Assembly (NCBI GenBank): GCA_963726255.1 | Contig: CAVSBL010000002.1 | Location: 1-64,000, forward strand | DNA length: 64,000 nucleotides | From: Candidatus Bathyarchaeota archaeon | GTDB taxonomy: Archaea > Thermoproteota > Bathyarchaeia > 40CM-2-53-6 | Direction of reading: 5' to 3' | Part shown: positions 50,293-60,966 of the stretch, piece after piece | How positions within the stretch are numbered: the stretch's first letter is position 1 | Layout: every line of letters starts with the position of its first letter | Position numbers and translations under genes: made by a program | The notes under the pieces: generated by a model | The model's input: the letters and a program-made list of their open reading frames with translations, nothing else | What the model was told of the DNA's origin: nothing | Database searches by the model: none

Positions 50293-51840
50293 GTGACAAG
50301 TTTGACTTTCCTAAGTTACCCGCTAACATCCTTGGAAACGATGATTCTAGACAAGAATTCAGAGTACCTAGGCGTGTCCACACTGCAACTAATGGAGAAT
50401 GCAGGCCGTTCCGTAGCGGATGAAATTACCGCCCGGTTTGGGACGGGCAGTTCCGTTGTGTTGTATGGTGGAACCGGTCGAAACGGGGGAGACGGAATGG
50501 TCGTTGCGCGCCATCTCGCGGGAAGAGGCTTTAACGTATCTTACAAGCTTGTAGGCAGCAGTGATGCAATCTCAGACCCAGCCGCAATTCTGAACTGGCG
50601 TGCCCTCAAATCGATGTACTCCACCGTCAAGGTCGAAGAGTATCATGACTCATCGTCATTATCCGAATCCGAATCGGATATAGTGGTTGATGCGCTTCTC
50701 GGGACTGGTGTTAAAGGGAAACTTCGCCAACCCATCCTCAAAGCAGTAGAGGCGGTCAACGGCTCTCGCGGTTACAAGGTCGCAGTGGATGTCCCCACAG
50801 GGATAGACTCGGATACAGGCGAGGTGTTGGGTGCAGCTGTTCGGGCAAATCTAACGGTAACCCTTCACGCGACGAAGAAGGGGTTTGCGAAAGCGAAAGA
50901 GTTCTGCGGCGAGATCAAAGTTGCGGACATCGGAATACCGCCAGAAGCCGCCGTCTTTGCCGGGCCTGGAGATGTGGAAGCTGCAGTTGTTCGAAGGCTT
51001 CCTGAGGCACACAAAGGCCAATTCGGCAGATTAATCGTAATTGGTGGCAGCGACGTTTTCACCGGGGCACCGACCTTCGTCGGCCTAGCCGCATATCGAA
51101 CTGGCACCGATTTAGTGTTCGTAGCCGCACCGGAAAGAACGGCGCAAGCAATCTCAGCAATCTCGCCGAACTTAATGACGATCAAGCTCCCTGGAACGAA
51201 CCTAGCGCCAACGCACATCCGCATTCTACGAGAACATTTGGAGAAGGCGACCGCTGTGGCCATTGGCCCTGGCCTGGGCTTGGATAAGCAGACGGTCTCT
51301 GCGGTTCGCAAAATCGTCCTACTGGTACGCCAGCTCAAGATACCGCTTCTCCTGGACGCTGACGCTTTGAAGGCACTCGGTGTCGTAAGAAAGAAGATAT
51401 TCGACAGTTCAACCGTTGTGACCCCGCATGCGGGCGAATTTCAAGCGATTTCCGGAAAGGCTCCATCTCGAGACATGAGTGTGCGGCCGCGCGAGGTGAA
51501 GGCCCTCGCTTCTAGTAGTGGCGCTGTTGTCCTTCTCAAGGGACATACCGACATCATCTCCGACGGAGAGAGGGTGAAGCTGAATGACACGGGCAACCCA
51601 GGCATGACTGTGGGCGGGACCGGTGACGTTCTGTCCGGAATAGTTTCGGGTTTGATGGCGCAGGGCGTCAGCGGTTTCAGGGCGGCTGTTGCGGGAGCTT
51701 TCGTGAACGGAGCAGCAGGCGACCTTGCCCAAGAACAATATGGCTATCACCTAACCCCAACCGATTTGATCGGCCACATCGCCAAAGTCTTGGACGACCC
51801 TATGTGCCACAAAGTTATTCATGACAAGAGGCTTCAGTAA
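50293..51840 (+). CDS. nnr: bifunctional NAD(P)HX epimerase/dehydratase
   Basis: LMENAG, GRNGGDG, DVPTG, HKGQFG, TPHAGEF, GGTGDVL. Confidence 0.95.
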   Translation: MTSLTFLSYPLTSLETMILDKNSEYLGVSTLQLMENAGRSVADEITARFGTGSSVVLYGGTGRNGGDGMVVARHLAGRGFNVSYKLVGSSDAISDPAAILNWRALKSMYSTVKVEEYHDSSSLSESESDIVVDALLGTGVKGKLRQPILKAVEAVNGSRGYKVAVDVPTGIDSDTGEVLGAAVRANLTVTLHATKKGFAKAKEFCGEIKVADIGIPPEAAVFAGPGDVEAAVVRRLPEAHKGQFGRLIVIGGSDVFTGAPTFVGLAAYRTGTDLVFVAAPERTAQAISAISPNLMTIKLPGTNLAPTHIRILREHLEKATAVAIGPGLGLDKQTVSAVRKIVLLVRQLKIPLLLDADALKALGVVRKKIFDSSTVVTPHAGEFQAISGKAPSRDMSVRPREVKALASSSGAVVLLKGHTDIISDGERVKLNDTGNPGMTVGGTGDVLSGIVSGLMAQGVSGFRAAVAGAFVNGAAGDLAQEQYGYHLTPTDLIGHIAKVLDDPMCHKVIHDKRLQ

Positions 51841-51920
51841 CAGCCGACCGAGAGCTAGCCTTTCGCCCCGGCACTGGCGGGCAGCGGAAGACGGAATTGA
51901 ACCGATGACCTTGCCCGGTT

Positions 51921-52160
51921 TTGTCTTTTCCATCTGCTTTAATTGCCCAGCCATCGGACCAGCATTCAGTGGTCCACGTGGATTGGAGGAAGATGAGGCC
52001 CGAGGAGAGGGTAAGGGTCACCCTAGAGATGGTGGACCTAGTAACTAGCATCGCTGCGGGCAGCGAGAGGGCCAAGAACCCTGGGATTACGGAGGATGCT
52101 CTAATTTCCCGTATGCGGCGCAGGTGTCAGCAAGGACGGAGATTCCCCTTAAGGCGATAA
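51921..52160 (+). CDS. small helical protein, partner of downstream nucleotidyltransferase (start uncertain)
   Basis: WRKMRPEERVR...NPG; abuts the next gene. Confidence 0.55.
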   Translation: MSFPSALIAQPSDQHSVVHVDWRKMRPEERVRVTLEMVDLVTSIAAGSERAKNPGITEDALISRMRRRCQQGRRFPLRR

Positions 52161-52709
52161 GTGTTGGAAACCTTTTCCGGCCTCGTCAGACGGGTCGCAA
52201 GGTCCCTCAACCGCAGTACATTGCAGTATATGTTCACAGGAGCAATAGCTTCAAGCTTCTATGGCCGCCCGCGAACGACACTCGATATTGACATCGTTGT
52301 CGCGGCCCAGCAAAAGGAGCTTGAAAGGCTCGCAAAATCGCTAAAGCAAGCCAGCCTAATAGTTAGCAAGAGAAAGCTCAAGATTGCATGGAACTCGGAT
52401 TATCGGATTGCCACTCTCGAAGACAAGAAGAGTCCATACACAGTCGACATCATATTCACTGACCAAGAACTGGACCGAATTGCAGGGCGCATCTCAGGCA
52501 TACCCACCTATTACGAAACCGCAGAATCACTCATACTTGCAAAGCTGAGAATGCTCAAGGTCACAATCCAACCCGAGAGGGCCGCAACCGATCGCCAGGA
52601 TATCATAGCGATGCTCAAGATTACCAAAATTGATCTGAAATCATTGCGAAAGAATGCGGAAAGAGAGACCACCGCCAGAATCTTGGACGACTTGATGAGG
52701 GAATCCTAG
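52161..52709 (+). CDS. nucleotidyltransferase-fold protein
   Basis: TGAIA..YGRPRTTLDIDIV, E.LILAKL...DRQDI. Confidence 0.8.
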   Translation: MLETFSGLVRRVARSLNRSTLQYMFTGAIASSFYGRPRTTLDIDIVVAAQQKELERLAKSLKQASLIVSKRKLKIAWNSDYRIATLEDKKSPYTVDIIFTDQELDRIAGRISGIPTYYETAESLILAKLRMLKVTIQPERAATDRQDIIAMLKITKIDLKSLRKNAERETTARILDDLMRES

Positions 52710-52755
52710 TGCATGGAAATAGCTGAGCGAGGCGCCGACGATTTCCGAGCCTAAA

Positions 52756-53250
52756 TTGTACGTTTTGCTAATGAGGCAGGACGACCCGGCCAAATGTACC
52801 GCGGCAAAGTTAGCTCGATTCAGGCTTGCAATCCCACTGCATCGGATACAGCAAATCCCGCGCAGGTCCTTGGTTTTGAACCCTTTCGCAAACCAACGCC
52901 TTCTGCCAGCGGACAAGATCCAAGCCGTACAGCATGGATTAGTGGCTATCGACTGCTCTTGGGAGAAAGTGCAAGGGGCATTCATGATCCGCTTGCCTGG
53001 TCTTGGTAGACGCCTTCCAACATTCCTTGCGGCCAACCCCGTCAACTACGCCAAGCCGCACAAGCTGTCGTCAGTCGAAGCGCTTGCAGCTGGGCTCTGC
53101 ATAATTGGTTTCAAAGAGAAAGCGAGTCAACTGCTATCGCTCTTCAAGTGGGGCCCAACCTTCTTGACACTGAACGCTCAGCCTCTCGAAGCTTATTCAG
53201 CGGCGAACAGCGAGGATGAGATGGCGAAAGCAGAGGCCGAGTTCTTCTGA
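52756..53250 (+). CDS. tsr3: 16S rRNA aminocarboxypropyltransferase
   Basis: QDDP.KCT, DCSW, RRLP...AANPVNY, LSSVEA, FKWGPTF. Confidence 0.93.
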   Translation: MYVLLMRQDDPAKCTAAKLARFRLAIPLHRIQQIPRRSLVLNPFANQRLLPADKIQAVQHGLVAIDCSWEKVQGAFMIRLPGLGRRLPTFLAANPVNYAKPHKLSSVEALAAGLCIIGFKEKASQLLSLFKWGPTFLTLNAQPLEAYSAANSEDEMAKAEAEFF

Positions 53251-53372
53251 GCATTACATCAAAAGTAAGTTACCAGAGCCAACTGACGACAAGTTTAGGA
53301 TATTAGAAAATCTAGCCGCCAAACGAAACGTAACAGCCAAAATCATCCAGCTAACTCAACAGAAAGCCATAA

Positions 53373-53765
53373 TTGAACGAAGGATCATCAAACTCAGTAG
53401 GGGTTCATTTGTTAACCGCCGACGATGTTTTTCGCCTTCATCCGAAGATTAGATGGGTGGCTCTGTCAACAGATCCTACTACCGTGGTTTTCTCTGAAAT
53501 GCGGCCGGGTGTGAAGAGTTACACGCCTAACTCAGAGGATAGAGCATTCATGGAAATGGGCCCCTTATTCATGACCGGTGTAGCGGAGCGGTTGACGCCT
53601 CAAGGCACGGCTGGAAAACTAGAGTGCGTCATTGCATGTTTCGAGAAAGACTGTGTTCTCATGGCTAAGGTGCCAGATGGCCACCTGGCTCTGTCAGTAG
53701 ACGCCCCCCACGCATTATCCGTATTTCAAGAAATAATGCCTCAAATCCGCAAACTAACAGCTTAA
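53373..53765 (+). CDS. roadblock/profilin-like hypothetical protein
   Basis: KIRWVAL...MRPGV...LALSV pattern. Confidence 0.55.
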   Translation: MNEGSSNSVGVHLLTADDVFRLHPKIRWVALSTDPTTVVFSEMRPGVKSYTPNSEDRAFMEMGPLFMTGVAERLTPQGTAGKLECVIACFEKDCVLMAKVPDGHLALSVDAPHALSVFQEIMPQIRKLTA

Positions 53766-53998
53766 CGACCCATTCTGTAGGACTACTACTGATACTTCAC
53801 TGAGCGAGTCCACTCCATATTCAACTGTGGATAATGGCAGATGCTGAAGCGGAGTACTTCTAGAGTGATTTGAATGCAACGGGACTCGCGCCTTCAAAGT
53901 GCGGTGACAATTATGCGCACAGAACCGGCGCATCTGTGACTTTCAGGACTTGAGCTGGGTAACACAATGGAATTCACTGACGTAGCCTTCAGCCCTGT

Positions 53999-54238
53999 AT
54001 GTTGAGAGCGTTACGAGGCGAATGGCAACTTAATCATAAATATGCCTTGGTGAGTTTTGTTTTGGTGGTTCATCAGAGCTTGAGTTCAAAATCCGAAGCC
54101 GACAGTTGCCCAGTCTGTTCCCGTCAGCGTGAGGCTCTGAGAAAACTCTGGACTCAAGTCGCCGATCGCGCTCGCCCAACTGTGTTCAATTGGCACTGCT
54201 CTATGTGTGGCCAGGAACGAGAGCTAGTCATTGACTAG
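53999..54238 (+). CDS. small zinc-ribbon protein (start uncertain)
   Basis: CPVC...CSMC. Confidence 0.45.
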   Translation: MLRALRGEWQLNHKYALVSFVLVVHQSLSSKSEADSCPVCSRQREALRKLWTQVADRARPTVFNWHCSMCGQERELVID

Positions 54239-54313
54239 AAGCGTGATCCTTCGAATGGGAGTGTGACATTGGATGACGGCCAATTGGCCGAGATACCCGA
54301 TTTGTATTAGCCT

Positions 54314-56350
54314 TCAGGGGCGGTGTTTTCTTCTTCGTGTCGAGATTGTGGCGACCGCCCAGATTAGCAGGGCTATGGGTATTAGTGCTCCTATTATGCC
54401 TGCGATAATCAGCCTCTGCGTTTGAACCCTCGGGGATTGGATGACTTTGAGGTTATATGCGTCCGTTGCGATTCCATGGTTTCCAAAGCGGTCGTTGGCG
54501 CTGAACGAGAAGGTTAGGTTTCCCTCCTCGGGTACAGAGAAATACATGTGCCAAGCGCGTCCGGTGTCGTTGTAGGCTAGCGGCAGCGTGAAGACGCTAC
54601 CCGTAGAGTTAGCGTAAGAACCAGTCACATTACCAAAACCGTTCGTCAGCGTCGTACCGTTAGGATACCTGACCGTTACGTTCAGGTCCAGATTGCTTAG
54701 GGCGCTCATGGTTGAATTATTAGATGGGAGCGTGAACCTGAAGCGTGCCGGGATCACGATCGATGTGGATGTGTAGTTTCCTCCGTTGCCGTACGAATCG
54801 TGCGTCGCCCAGGTGATATTGTAGGGGCCGAGGGTTGCATTCTGCACAATGTAAAGCGAACCAGACCACACTAGAGTCGTTGAATTGATACTGAGTTCCG
54901 GCCTCCAGGTCAGATTTCCATGAGAAATCAGCAAGGTAGCCGTTGAATTCATCGGCGTTCCGTCTGGGTAGTACATCGTGTTCGTGACGTTCAGGGATGT
55001 TGTTCGCTCGGTAGTTGGGGGGGTTTGGAGTTGGAAGGTTGGAGAGGCACGTTGAACTTGTATCGTGGACGCGTCTGAGCCTGAATTGCCCCAAAGGTCT
55101 TGAACATTGTAACTTAGAGTCCAATTGCCAAGTGACGCGTTGACTGGGATTGTGTAGCGTGCAGGCACAAGCGTGCCATTCGCCGAGGCTGGGAGAGTGA
55201 TTTTCTCACCATCGGTTCGGGTGACGATCACGCTGGCCTGAGTTACGTTTGCGGCGTTGGCTCCGGTATGATATTCTGCTGAAATTGCTACTGTGATTGT
55301 TTGGGTTCGTTGCAGAGTTGGTTCTGATTGGATGATGAGTTGGAGTTTAGCGGGAACGACGTTGAAGTCTGTTGAGGCAGCTGGGCGACCTTGCCCTGTA
55401 TTTCCGTAGGCGTCGGTGAGGGTTTCTGGGTCGACTTGGAAGCGGTATGTGGTTGTGGTGTTCGCTGAGGGCGGGGGCACCCATGTTGCTCGCCATTCGC
55501 CTGTTGTTGAGTTAACAAGTGTGAGTGGGACGCTGGATACTCTCTGGCTTGATGTGATGATGTCCGCGGTGGCGTTTAGGGCTGTTGCGGGGGAATGGTC
55601 GGGGTATGAGAGCTGGTACGTGGCGTTCACCTCAGCGGTCCTCTCAACCTGTTTAGCTGGCGGGCTGAGGGCTTGCACGCTGATTGTTGTAGGCCTAACT
55701 ATGAAGAAGGAGCTGGTTCTGTCGGTTTGGTGTGCATCGAAGGTCAGCCCGGACAGCGTCGCGTTGAGAGTTCCGGTCACTGCCGATGGTGAGAGTTTGA
55801 AGGTGTAGGAGAACTCTCCGTTCGCTTGAGTAGCAACGTTTGTGGGGAAACCGGAGACGGATCGGTTGCTGGATCTTATGTCTAGGATGAGTGAGGAATT
55901 TGAGGCGAAGCCTCCTCCCGCGATTGTGACGCTTTTGGTTCTCTCGTAGCTAAGCGAGTCTGTTCCTATGATTCCGAAGTGCACGACCGCCTCTCTTGTG
56001 TCGGATATCGCGGACTTTGACAAGCTAAGGACGTAAGTCCCCGGAGGGTCGCTCGGTGATATCGAAATCACTATCGGAGCCTGAGTGGTGCCATTTACAC
56101 CTTTGAACGGTGTGCTAACTGGGTGGGCGAGGATCTGCTTGGGATTTTGTAGCCAGAGAGAATAAGTGACATTCGTTTCGAGATTCTCGGCCGTAACCTT
56201 GATTGTTCCCCCGATTTGCCATATCGGATAGATGGCCTGATCAGTTGTGAGTGTCCCCGACGCGGCTTGGACCTGGTGACTGTTTGCAAGCAAGCAAGTA
56301 GCATAGACGAATGCAATAAGGCAGACTGAGGCAGCTCTCATTTTCTTCAT
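54314..56350 (-). CDS. cell-surface glycoprotein with Ig-like repeats and C-terminal TM anchor
   Basis: Signal peptide, repeated ERT...YPDG...W...D.YGN.G units, many N-x-S/T sites, TM + RRRKH. Confidence 0.8.
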   Translation of the reverse strand: MKKMRAASVCLIAFVYATCLLANSHQVQAASGTLTTDQAIYPIWQIGGTIKVTAENLETNVTYSLWLQNPKQILAHPVSTPFKGVNGTTQAPIVISISPSDPPGTYVLSLSKSAISDTREAVVHFGIIGTDSLSYERTKSVTIAGGGFASNSSLILDIRSSNRSVSGFPTNVATQANGEFSYTFKLSPSAVTGTLNATLSGLTFDAHQTDRTSSFFIVRPTTISVQALSPPAKQVERTAEVNATYQLSYPDHSPATALNATADIITSSQRVSSVPLTLVNSTTGEWRATWVPPPSANTTTTYRFQVDPETLTDAYGNTGQGRPAASTDFNVVPAKLQLIIQSEPTLQRTQTITVAISAEYHTGANAANVTQASVIVTRTDGEKITLPASANGTLVPARYTIPVNASLGNWTLSYNVQDLWGNSGSDASTIQVQRASPTFQLQTPPTTERTTSLNVTNTMYYPDGTPMNSTATLLISHGNLTWRPELSINSTTLVWSGSLYIVQNATLGPYNITWATHDSYGNGGNYTSTSIVIPARFRFTLPSNNSTMSALSNLDLNVTVRYPNGTTLTNGFGNVTGSYANSTGSVFTLPLAYNDTGRAWHMYFSVPEEGNLTFSFSANDRFGNHGIATDAYNLKVIQSPRVQTQRLIIAGIIGALIPIALLIWAVATISTRRRKHRP

Positions 56351-56429
56351 AGAGATGACAACGTGCCCGGAGCGGTGAAGGACTACTTATATTTGGCGTG
56401 ACCAATTCGAACCAAAGAGAACACCACGA

Positions 56430-57605
56430 ATGCCTTCTAGAGCGCCCTCTACCGATCCATTGGGCGAAATCGAGACGTTAACTCGCGAGATTGCTAGCCT
56501 TGAGACTCAATTTTCGAACCGTAAACTGAGTCGGGACCAATTTGAGTCGATGTCTGAGCAACTCAAGGAGCGAATCTCGAACGCAGAATCGATGGCATAT
56601 GGGATGGCGAAGGCAGACGAATCCATCGCGAAACGAATGAGGGCTCGAACCTACAGCGAGATAGGCGTCCAGCAGGTATGCAATCATTTCATTTACGGTT
56701 CCAAGAAATCGTTGGAGCCTGAGTTTGGCGTGGACCGTGTCCCACGATATTTACTCGAGATTGAAGGTGGACAGAGGCTGCCAGTTGACACCGCACTCCT
56801 CGAACGACTCGCCAACATTAGGCTGCTCACGGCTACGCTGTTCGAGAAGATGCCCTTCTGCCCAAAATGCGGCACCCCATCGAACGTGTATGCGCGGTTC
56901 AAATGCACCCAGTGTGCGTCCATCGATATCACGATTAACCGTATGATTGAGCACCTGGCTTGCGGAACCATTCACGAGGAGAGGGCGTTTCGGCTTGGTG
57001 AGAATTTGGTGTGCCCTTCCTGCAAGAAAGTTCTCCAGAAGCCTGACGAGCAACGTTTGATCGGCCTAGTTTGCGCCTGTAACAAGTGCGGGGCGCATTT
57101 TGAAGACCCGTCCCAGAGTTTCTTCTGCAGAAAATGCGACGTTGACTTCAACCTTACAAGCGGCCTCATAACAGACGTTTACACTTACAACATCAACGAA
57201 AAGGTACTCCCCGAGATTCGCTCTCACATCGGTATACCTGCGATTGCGAAATTGCTTCAGAGCAACGGATTCGAGTTAACCATACCCGGAATCATCGAGG
57301 GCGCAGGGAAGCAGGCCCAATTCTCAATCGTCGCGCAGAAAGGGCCGAAAGTCATTGTAATAGATGTCGGCACGAGCGATGCTGAGGTCGAAGTAGAGCC
57401 GGTCCTAGAACTCTACGTGAAACTTCTCGAAGCCAAACCGGACGTGGCAGTTTTCGGAGCCATACCACGATTGTCGGCCACAGCCCGAGACGTGGCATCA
57501 AAGCATGGTATCTCAGTTGCTGAAGGTTCAACGCCCGACGAGGTTGCCCGCAAGATTTTGGAAATTACTGAAGCGGATATGCCGTCCCCCAAGATGCGAA
57601 CATAG
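56430..57605 (+). CDS. TackOD1-like multi-zinc-ribbon protein with C-terminal restriction-endonuclease-like domain
   Basis: CPKC, CTQC, EHLACG, CPSC, CNKC, CRKC. Confidence 0.75.
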   Translation: MPSRAPSTDPLGEIETLTREIASLETQFSNRKLSRDQFESMSEQLKERISNAESMAYGMAKADESIAKRMRARTYSEIGVQQVCNHFIYGSKKSLEPEFGVDRVPRYLLEIEGGQRLPVDTALLERLANIRLLTATLFEKMPFCPKCGTPSNVYARFKCTQCASIDITINRMIEHLACGTIHEERAFRLGENLVCPSCKKVLQKPDEQRLIGLVCACNKCGAHFEDPSQSFFCRKCDVDFNLTSGLITDVYTYNINEKVLPEIRSHIGIPAIAKLLQSNGFELTIPGIIEGAGKQAQFSIVAQKGPKVIVIDVGTSDAEVEVEPVLELYVKLLEAKPDVAVFGAIPRLSATARDVASKHGISVAEGSTPDEVARKILEITEADMPSPKMRT

Positions 57606-57619
57606 GAGCAAGCACACAG

Positions 57620-59116
57620 ATGGTAGCCACACCCGTTAGCGCTCAAAGGGCGGAGCTGCAAGGCTCGATTGGACACGTAGCATATGATGAGGGTTTTCCC
57701 AGCGGCGAAAGTCAGTACTGCCGCGTGGAATGTGAAGATGCGAAGCCCCCGCGTGGCATGTATGTACGCATAGCCGACCCGTCGGGGGAATCTTTCGTTG
57801 CGCGAATCATTGATGGGCCGTTCTTCACGAAGGGTTCGCGTTCAACCTTCTACAGCCTCGAGCTTGGCGCCATGATTGTTGAGGAGCGTAAGACCGCGCT
57901 CCGAAGCCGACCCCAACCAGGAAGCCCAGTTACGTTGCTCGACGCTAATGCTACCCAAGATTACTTGGGACTCGCAGGGGACCTTAGACTTGGCCAGCTG
58001 CTGGGACAACCTGACGTCGTAATTTCCTTAGACTCCGGAACGTTGGTCCGGCACGTAGGGATATTCGGTACAACGGGCAGTGGGAAATCTAACACGCTTC
58101 AAGTAATCGCCGAAGAGGCCAGAAAGGGCGGCCGTGCGATCGCATTGTTTGACATTGAAGGCGAGTTTGTGCGGATGAACGAACCGACCGAAGACCTTAT
58201 CCCGCTACTCGCGGAATTCGGCGAGAAACCGGGTTCCATCGAAGACCTTCACGTTTACGTTCCCGCACCCAATGGCAGCCTCAACCCCAAGGCGAAAAAA
58301 TTCGGAATTCCATTCCAAGACCTTGATTTGGAGATTTTCGCCGATGTTCTGGGATTAACACCATTCGAACGCGTCTATTTGCTCGATGTCGCACGAAAGG
58401 CCAAAGACATGTCCGGAAGCCTTCAAGCGTATGATTTGAGTAGTGTAATGAACACCCTTAGGAGGAGGATTGAGGGCCAGGTTGACAGGACATCCGTACC
58501 TGAGATGGTTGCTGAAGCCCACATGGGCTTATTCACGAAGCTTTCCGTGGCTCAACGCGCAGCCATAATTGATGCACCATATGAGAAAGTCACACCTGAA
58601 GCACTGTGCGTCCCTGGTAGAATATCGGTGATTGATGTAAGCGAGTCTTCGGATGTCCTTCGTAACCTTTGCGTAGCCCACTATCTCCGGGACATTTTCA
58701 GGTACAAGACGCACCACCCAGAATCATCACCCCTGATGCTTTTCGTCGAAGAGATTCATACTTTCATTAGCAAAGGGAAGAGCAGTAAGATGATCGCCAC
58801 AATCACTATGCTCACCGAGATGGCGCGGCAAGGGAGGAAGAGGGGGCTTGGGTTGGGCATTGTATCGCAGCAGCCAGCCCTGCTGCCGTCTGAGCTAATT
58901 GAGCTCTGTAATACACGCTTCATTCACAAACTAGGTTCAACACCGAACCTCCAAGCCTTGCGGCAATCGACGGGCAACGTGCCCGATTCGCTGTGGGCGC
59001 TCTTGCCGTCGCTGGGAAAGGGAGAGGTGTTGGTATCCTCGCCCAAATTCGAACAGGCGATCATGGCTAAGATCAGGCCTAACACATCGAAAAGATTGCG
59101 AACTGAATTTGGATGA
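57620..59116 (+). CDS. HerA/FtsK-like (DUF87) ATPase
   Basis: HVGIFGTTGSGKS, FDIEGEF, FVEEIH, ARQGRKRG, SQQP. Confidence 0.88.
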   Translation: MVATPVSAQRAELQGSIGHVAYDEGFPSGESQYCRVECEDAKPPRGMYVRIADPSGESFVARIIDGPFFTKGSRSTFYSLELGAMIVEERKTALRSRPQPGSPVTLLDANATQDYLGLAGDLRLGQLLGQPDVVISLDSGTLVRHVGIFGTTGSGKSNTLQVIAEEARKGGRAIALFDIEGEFVRMNEPTEDLIPLLAEFGEKPGSIEDLHVYVPAPNGSLNPKAKKFGIPFQDLDLEIFADVLGLTPFERVYLLDVARKAKDMSGSLQAYDLSSVMNTLRRRIEGQVDRTSVPEMVAEAHMGLFTKLSVAQRAAIIDAPYEKVTPEALCVPGRISVIDVSESSDVLRNLCVAHYLRDIFRYKTHHPESSPLMLFVEEIHTFISKGKSSKMIATITMLTEMARQGRKRGLGLGIVSQQPALLPSELIELCNTRFIHKLGSTPNLQALRQSTGNVPDSLWALLPSLGKGEVLVSSPKFEQAIMAKIRPNTSKRLRTEFG

Positions 59117-59141
59117 TGAGAATGAAAGAGTGTGAGATGGT

Positions 59142-59879
59142 TTGAGTACGGTTGCTAGAGCTAAGACTGGAATACCCGGCTTAGATGAGGCCTTAGAGGG
59201 AGGCCTCCTGAGGAACCACGTGTACTCGGTCATTGGACCCCCAGGCGCCGGAAAGACGATCATGGCGGCCCAATTCATCTTCAGAGGCGCAACCCAATAC
59301 GCCGAGAACGGTGTTTACGCTTCCCTGGAGGAGGCACCGCACTCAGTCGCTAACAGCGTGATGCCTTTCAACTGGAACCTCTTCGACCTGGAAAGCCAAG
59401 GAAAAATCGTGCTAGTCGACGCGGCACCGTTTCAAGAGCGTCCCGGCTCGGAATTGAAGATTCGAGGAGGCGTTCTAAGTTCTGAGGCTTTCGATTTAGA
59501 CGGCCTGCTGGGCGTGATCGCCCATGCGCGTAAGAGGGTAGCAGCAAAGAGGTGTGTAATCGACTCCTTGGACGCCATGGGCGGAGTTTACAGGACCGAA
59601 TTCGAGTTTCGATTCAAACTTCTCCAATTTTTCCGAGCGCTCTCCCAGCTCGAACTGACTACGCTCGTGCTGACTGATGCGCCAACGCCTACGGTCGAGA
59701 AGTTCGGCGTCGAATCCATACTTGCGAGCGGATGTTTCATTCTCCACAACTCCACCAAAGAAGCACCGTCCCAGACTATGGAGATTCAAAAGATTCGTGG
59801 CATTAAAACACCGAAGCGGGTTATGGCATACAGGATTACGCCAGACGGGTTCGAGGTTAGACCACAAGAATCCGTATAG
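59142..59879 (+). CDS. single-domain KaiC/RAD55-like ATPase
   Basis: TGIPGLDE, GPPGAGKT, SLEE, VIDS, KIRG. Confidence 0.9.
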   Translation: MSTVARAKTGIPGLDEALEGGLLRNHVYSVIGPPGAGKTIMAAQFIFRGATQYAENGVYASLEEAPHSVANSVMPFNWNLFDLESQGKIVLVDAAPFQERPGSELKIRGGVLSSEAFDLDGLLGVIAHARKRVAAKRCVIDSLDAMGGVYRTEFEFRFKLLQFFRALSQLELTTLVLTDAPTPTVEKFGVESILASGCFILHNSTKEAPSQTMEIQKIRGIKTPKRVMAYRITPDGFEVRPQESV

Positions 59880-59893
59880 GACGTGGGACGAAC

Positions 59894-60910
59894 ATGACTG
59901 TCGCGAGCCAGGTGAAAGAAGACGCGCCGACCGGAATATATGCCAACACGGAGGCGAGGAAGATACTCCAATATTTGCTTGGGCACACCCAGACCGCCTT
60001 AGAGCCAAGTTTCCTAGCAAACGATGAGCTAAGCTACGGGCTGGTGGATACGATTCTAGGGAACGTACAGCTGAATGTCTCTGACTTGCTAAACGAGATG
60101 GTTTCGGCTGGCGCGCTGACTTCTGAACTTGTTGATACGGCCCCATCATGCCCCGAATGTGGCTCAAAACAGCTGAGCACAAGGTACACTTGCCCCAAGT
60201 GCTCAGCATACGACATAAACCGCACCTACCTCTTCGAGCACTTAAAGTGCGGCAAGATGGGGAATGAAGACAGTTTCAAGAAGGGCGGCGAGATCATTTG
60301 TCCGAACTGCCAGACAGTGCTGCACAACTATGCTGTTGAATACCGCGCGCTTGGCGTCTGGTACGAATGCAATAAATGCGGGAATTCATTCAACACCCCA
60401 AACCACTTGCACTTTTGCAGGTTCAAGCACCATAAGTTTTCGCCGGACCGCGTAAATCTCGTTCCAATCTACAGGTACGACCTAAACAAGAAGGCGATTG
60501 AACAAATCCGGAAGGAAATCCTCGTCTACGCAGAGGCGATAACATTCTTCGAAAATCTTGGGCTGAACGTGAAAGCACCCCACAGCTTACCGGGAAAATC
60601 TGGCGAACCTCAGCCTTTCGATATCGTTCTGGTGTTGCGGAAGAAAGGTTGGAGAGGCGAAGAAAAGCTTGTTGCAGTCGATGCGATAGTTGGCAACTCA
60701 GCGGTGGGAAACGATGCGGTAAAGAGCTTCGCTGGAAAAGTCAAGGAGGCGAAACCCTCTGACAGCTACCTGATCGCTGTCCCAGGATTATCAGAAGAAG
60801 CCCGCACGGTCGCTAAGAATCTGAGAGTAGACTACTTTGAGAGCCCGACGCTGAGCGAAGCTATGCAGGCTTTTCAATCAAAGAGCATAATCAAAGATTA
60901 CGTAAGATAG
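59894..60910 (+). CDS. TackOD1-like multi-zinc-ribbon protein (paralog of 56430..57605)
   Basis: CPEC, CPKC, EHLKCG, CPNC, CNKC; GKSG...FDI nuclease-like tail. Confidence 0.75.
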   Translation: MTVASQVKEDAPTGIYANTEARKILQYLLGHTQTALEPSFLANDELSYGLVDTILGNVQLNVSDLLNEMVSAGALTSELVDTAPSCPECGSKQLSTRYTCPKCSAYDINRTYLFEHLKCGKMGNEDSFKKGGEIICPNCQTVLHNYAVEYRALGVWYECNKCGNSFNTPNHLHFCRFKHHKFSPDRVNLVPIYRYDLNKKAIEQIRKEILVYAEAITFFENLGLNVKAPHSLPGKSGEPQPFDIVLVLRKKGWRGEEKLVAVDAIVGNSAVGNDAVKSFAGKVKEAKPSDSYLIAVPGLSEEARTVAKNLRVDYFESPTLSEAMQAFQSKSIIKDYVR

Positions 60911-60966
60911 CTTCCTGGCCGCACCGTTCTCGCACCCATTTACGGCAGGCAAAGCGAGCCAGGTGA

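Noticed and set aside
51880-51912. Functional or split tRNA half
   Set aside because: T-stem has two mismatches, no CCA, and no BHB or complementary leader; kept only as a possible scar
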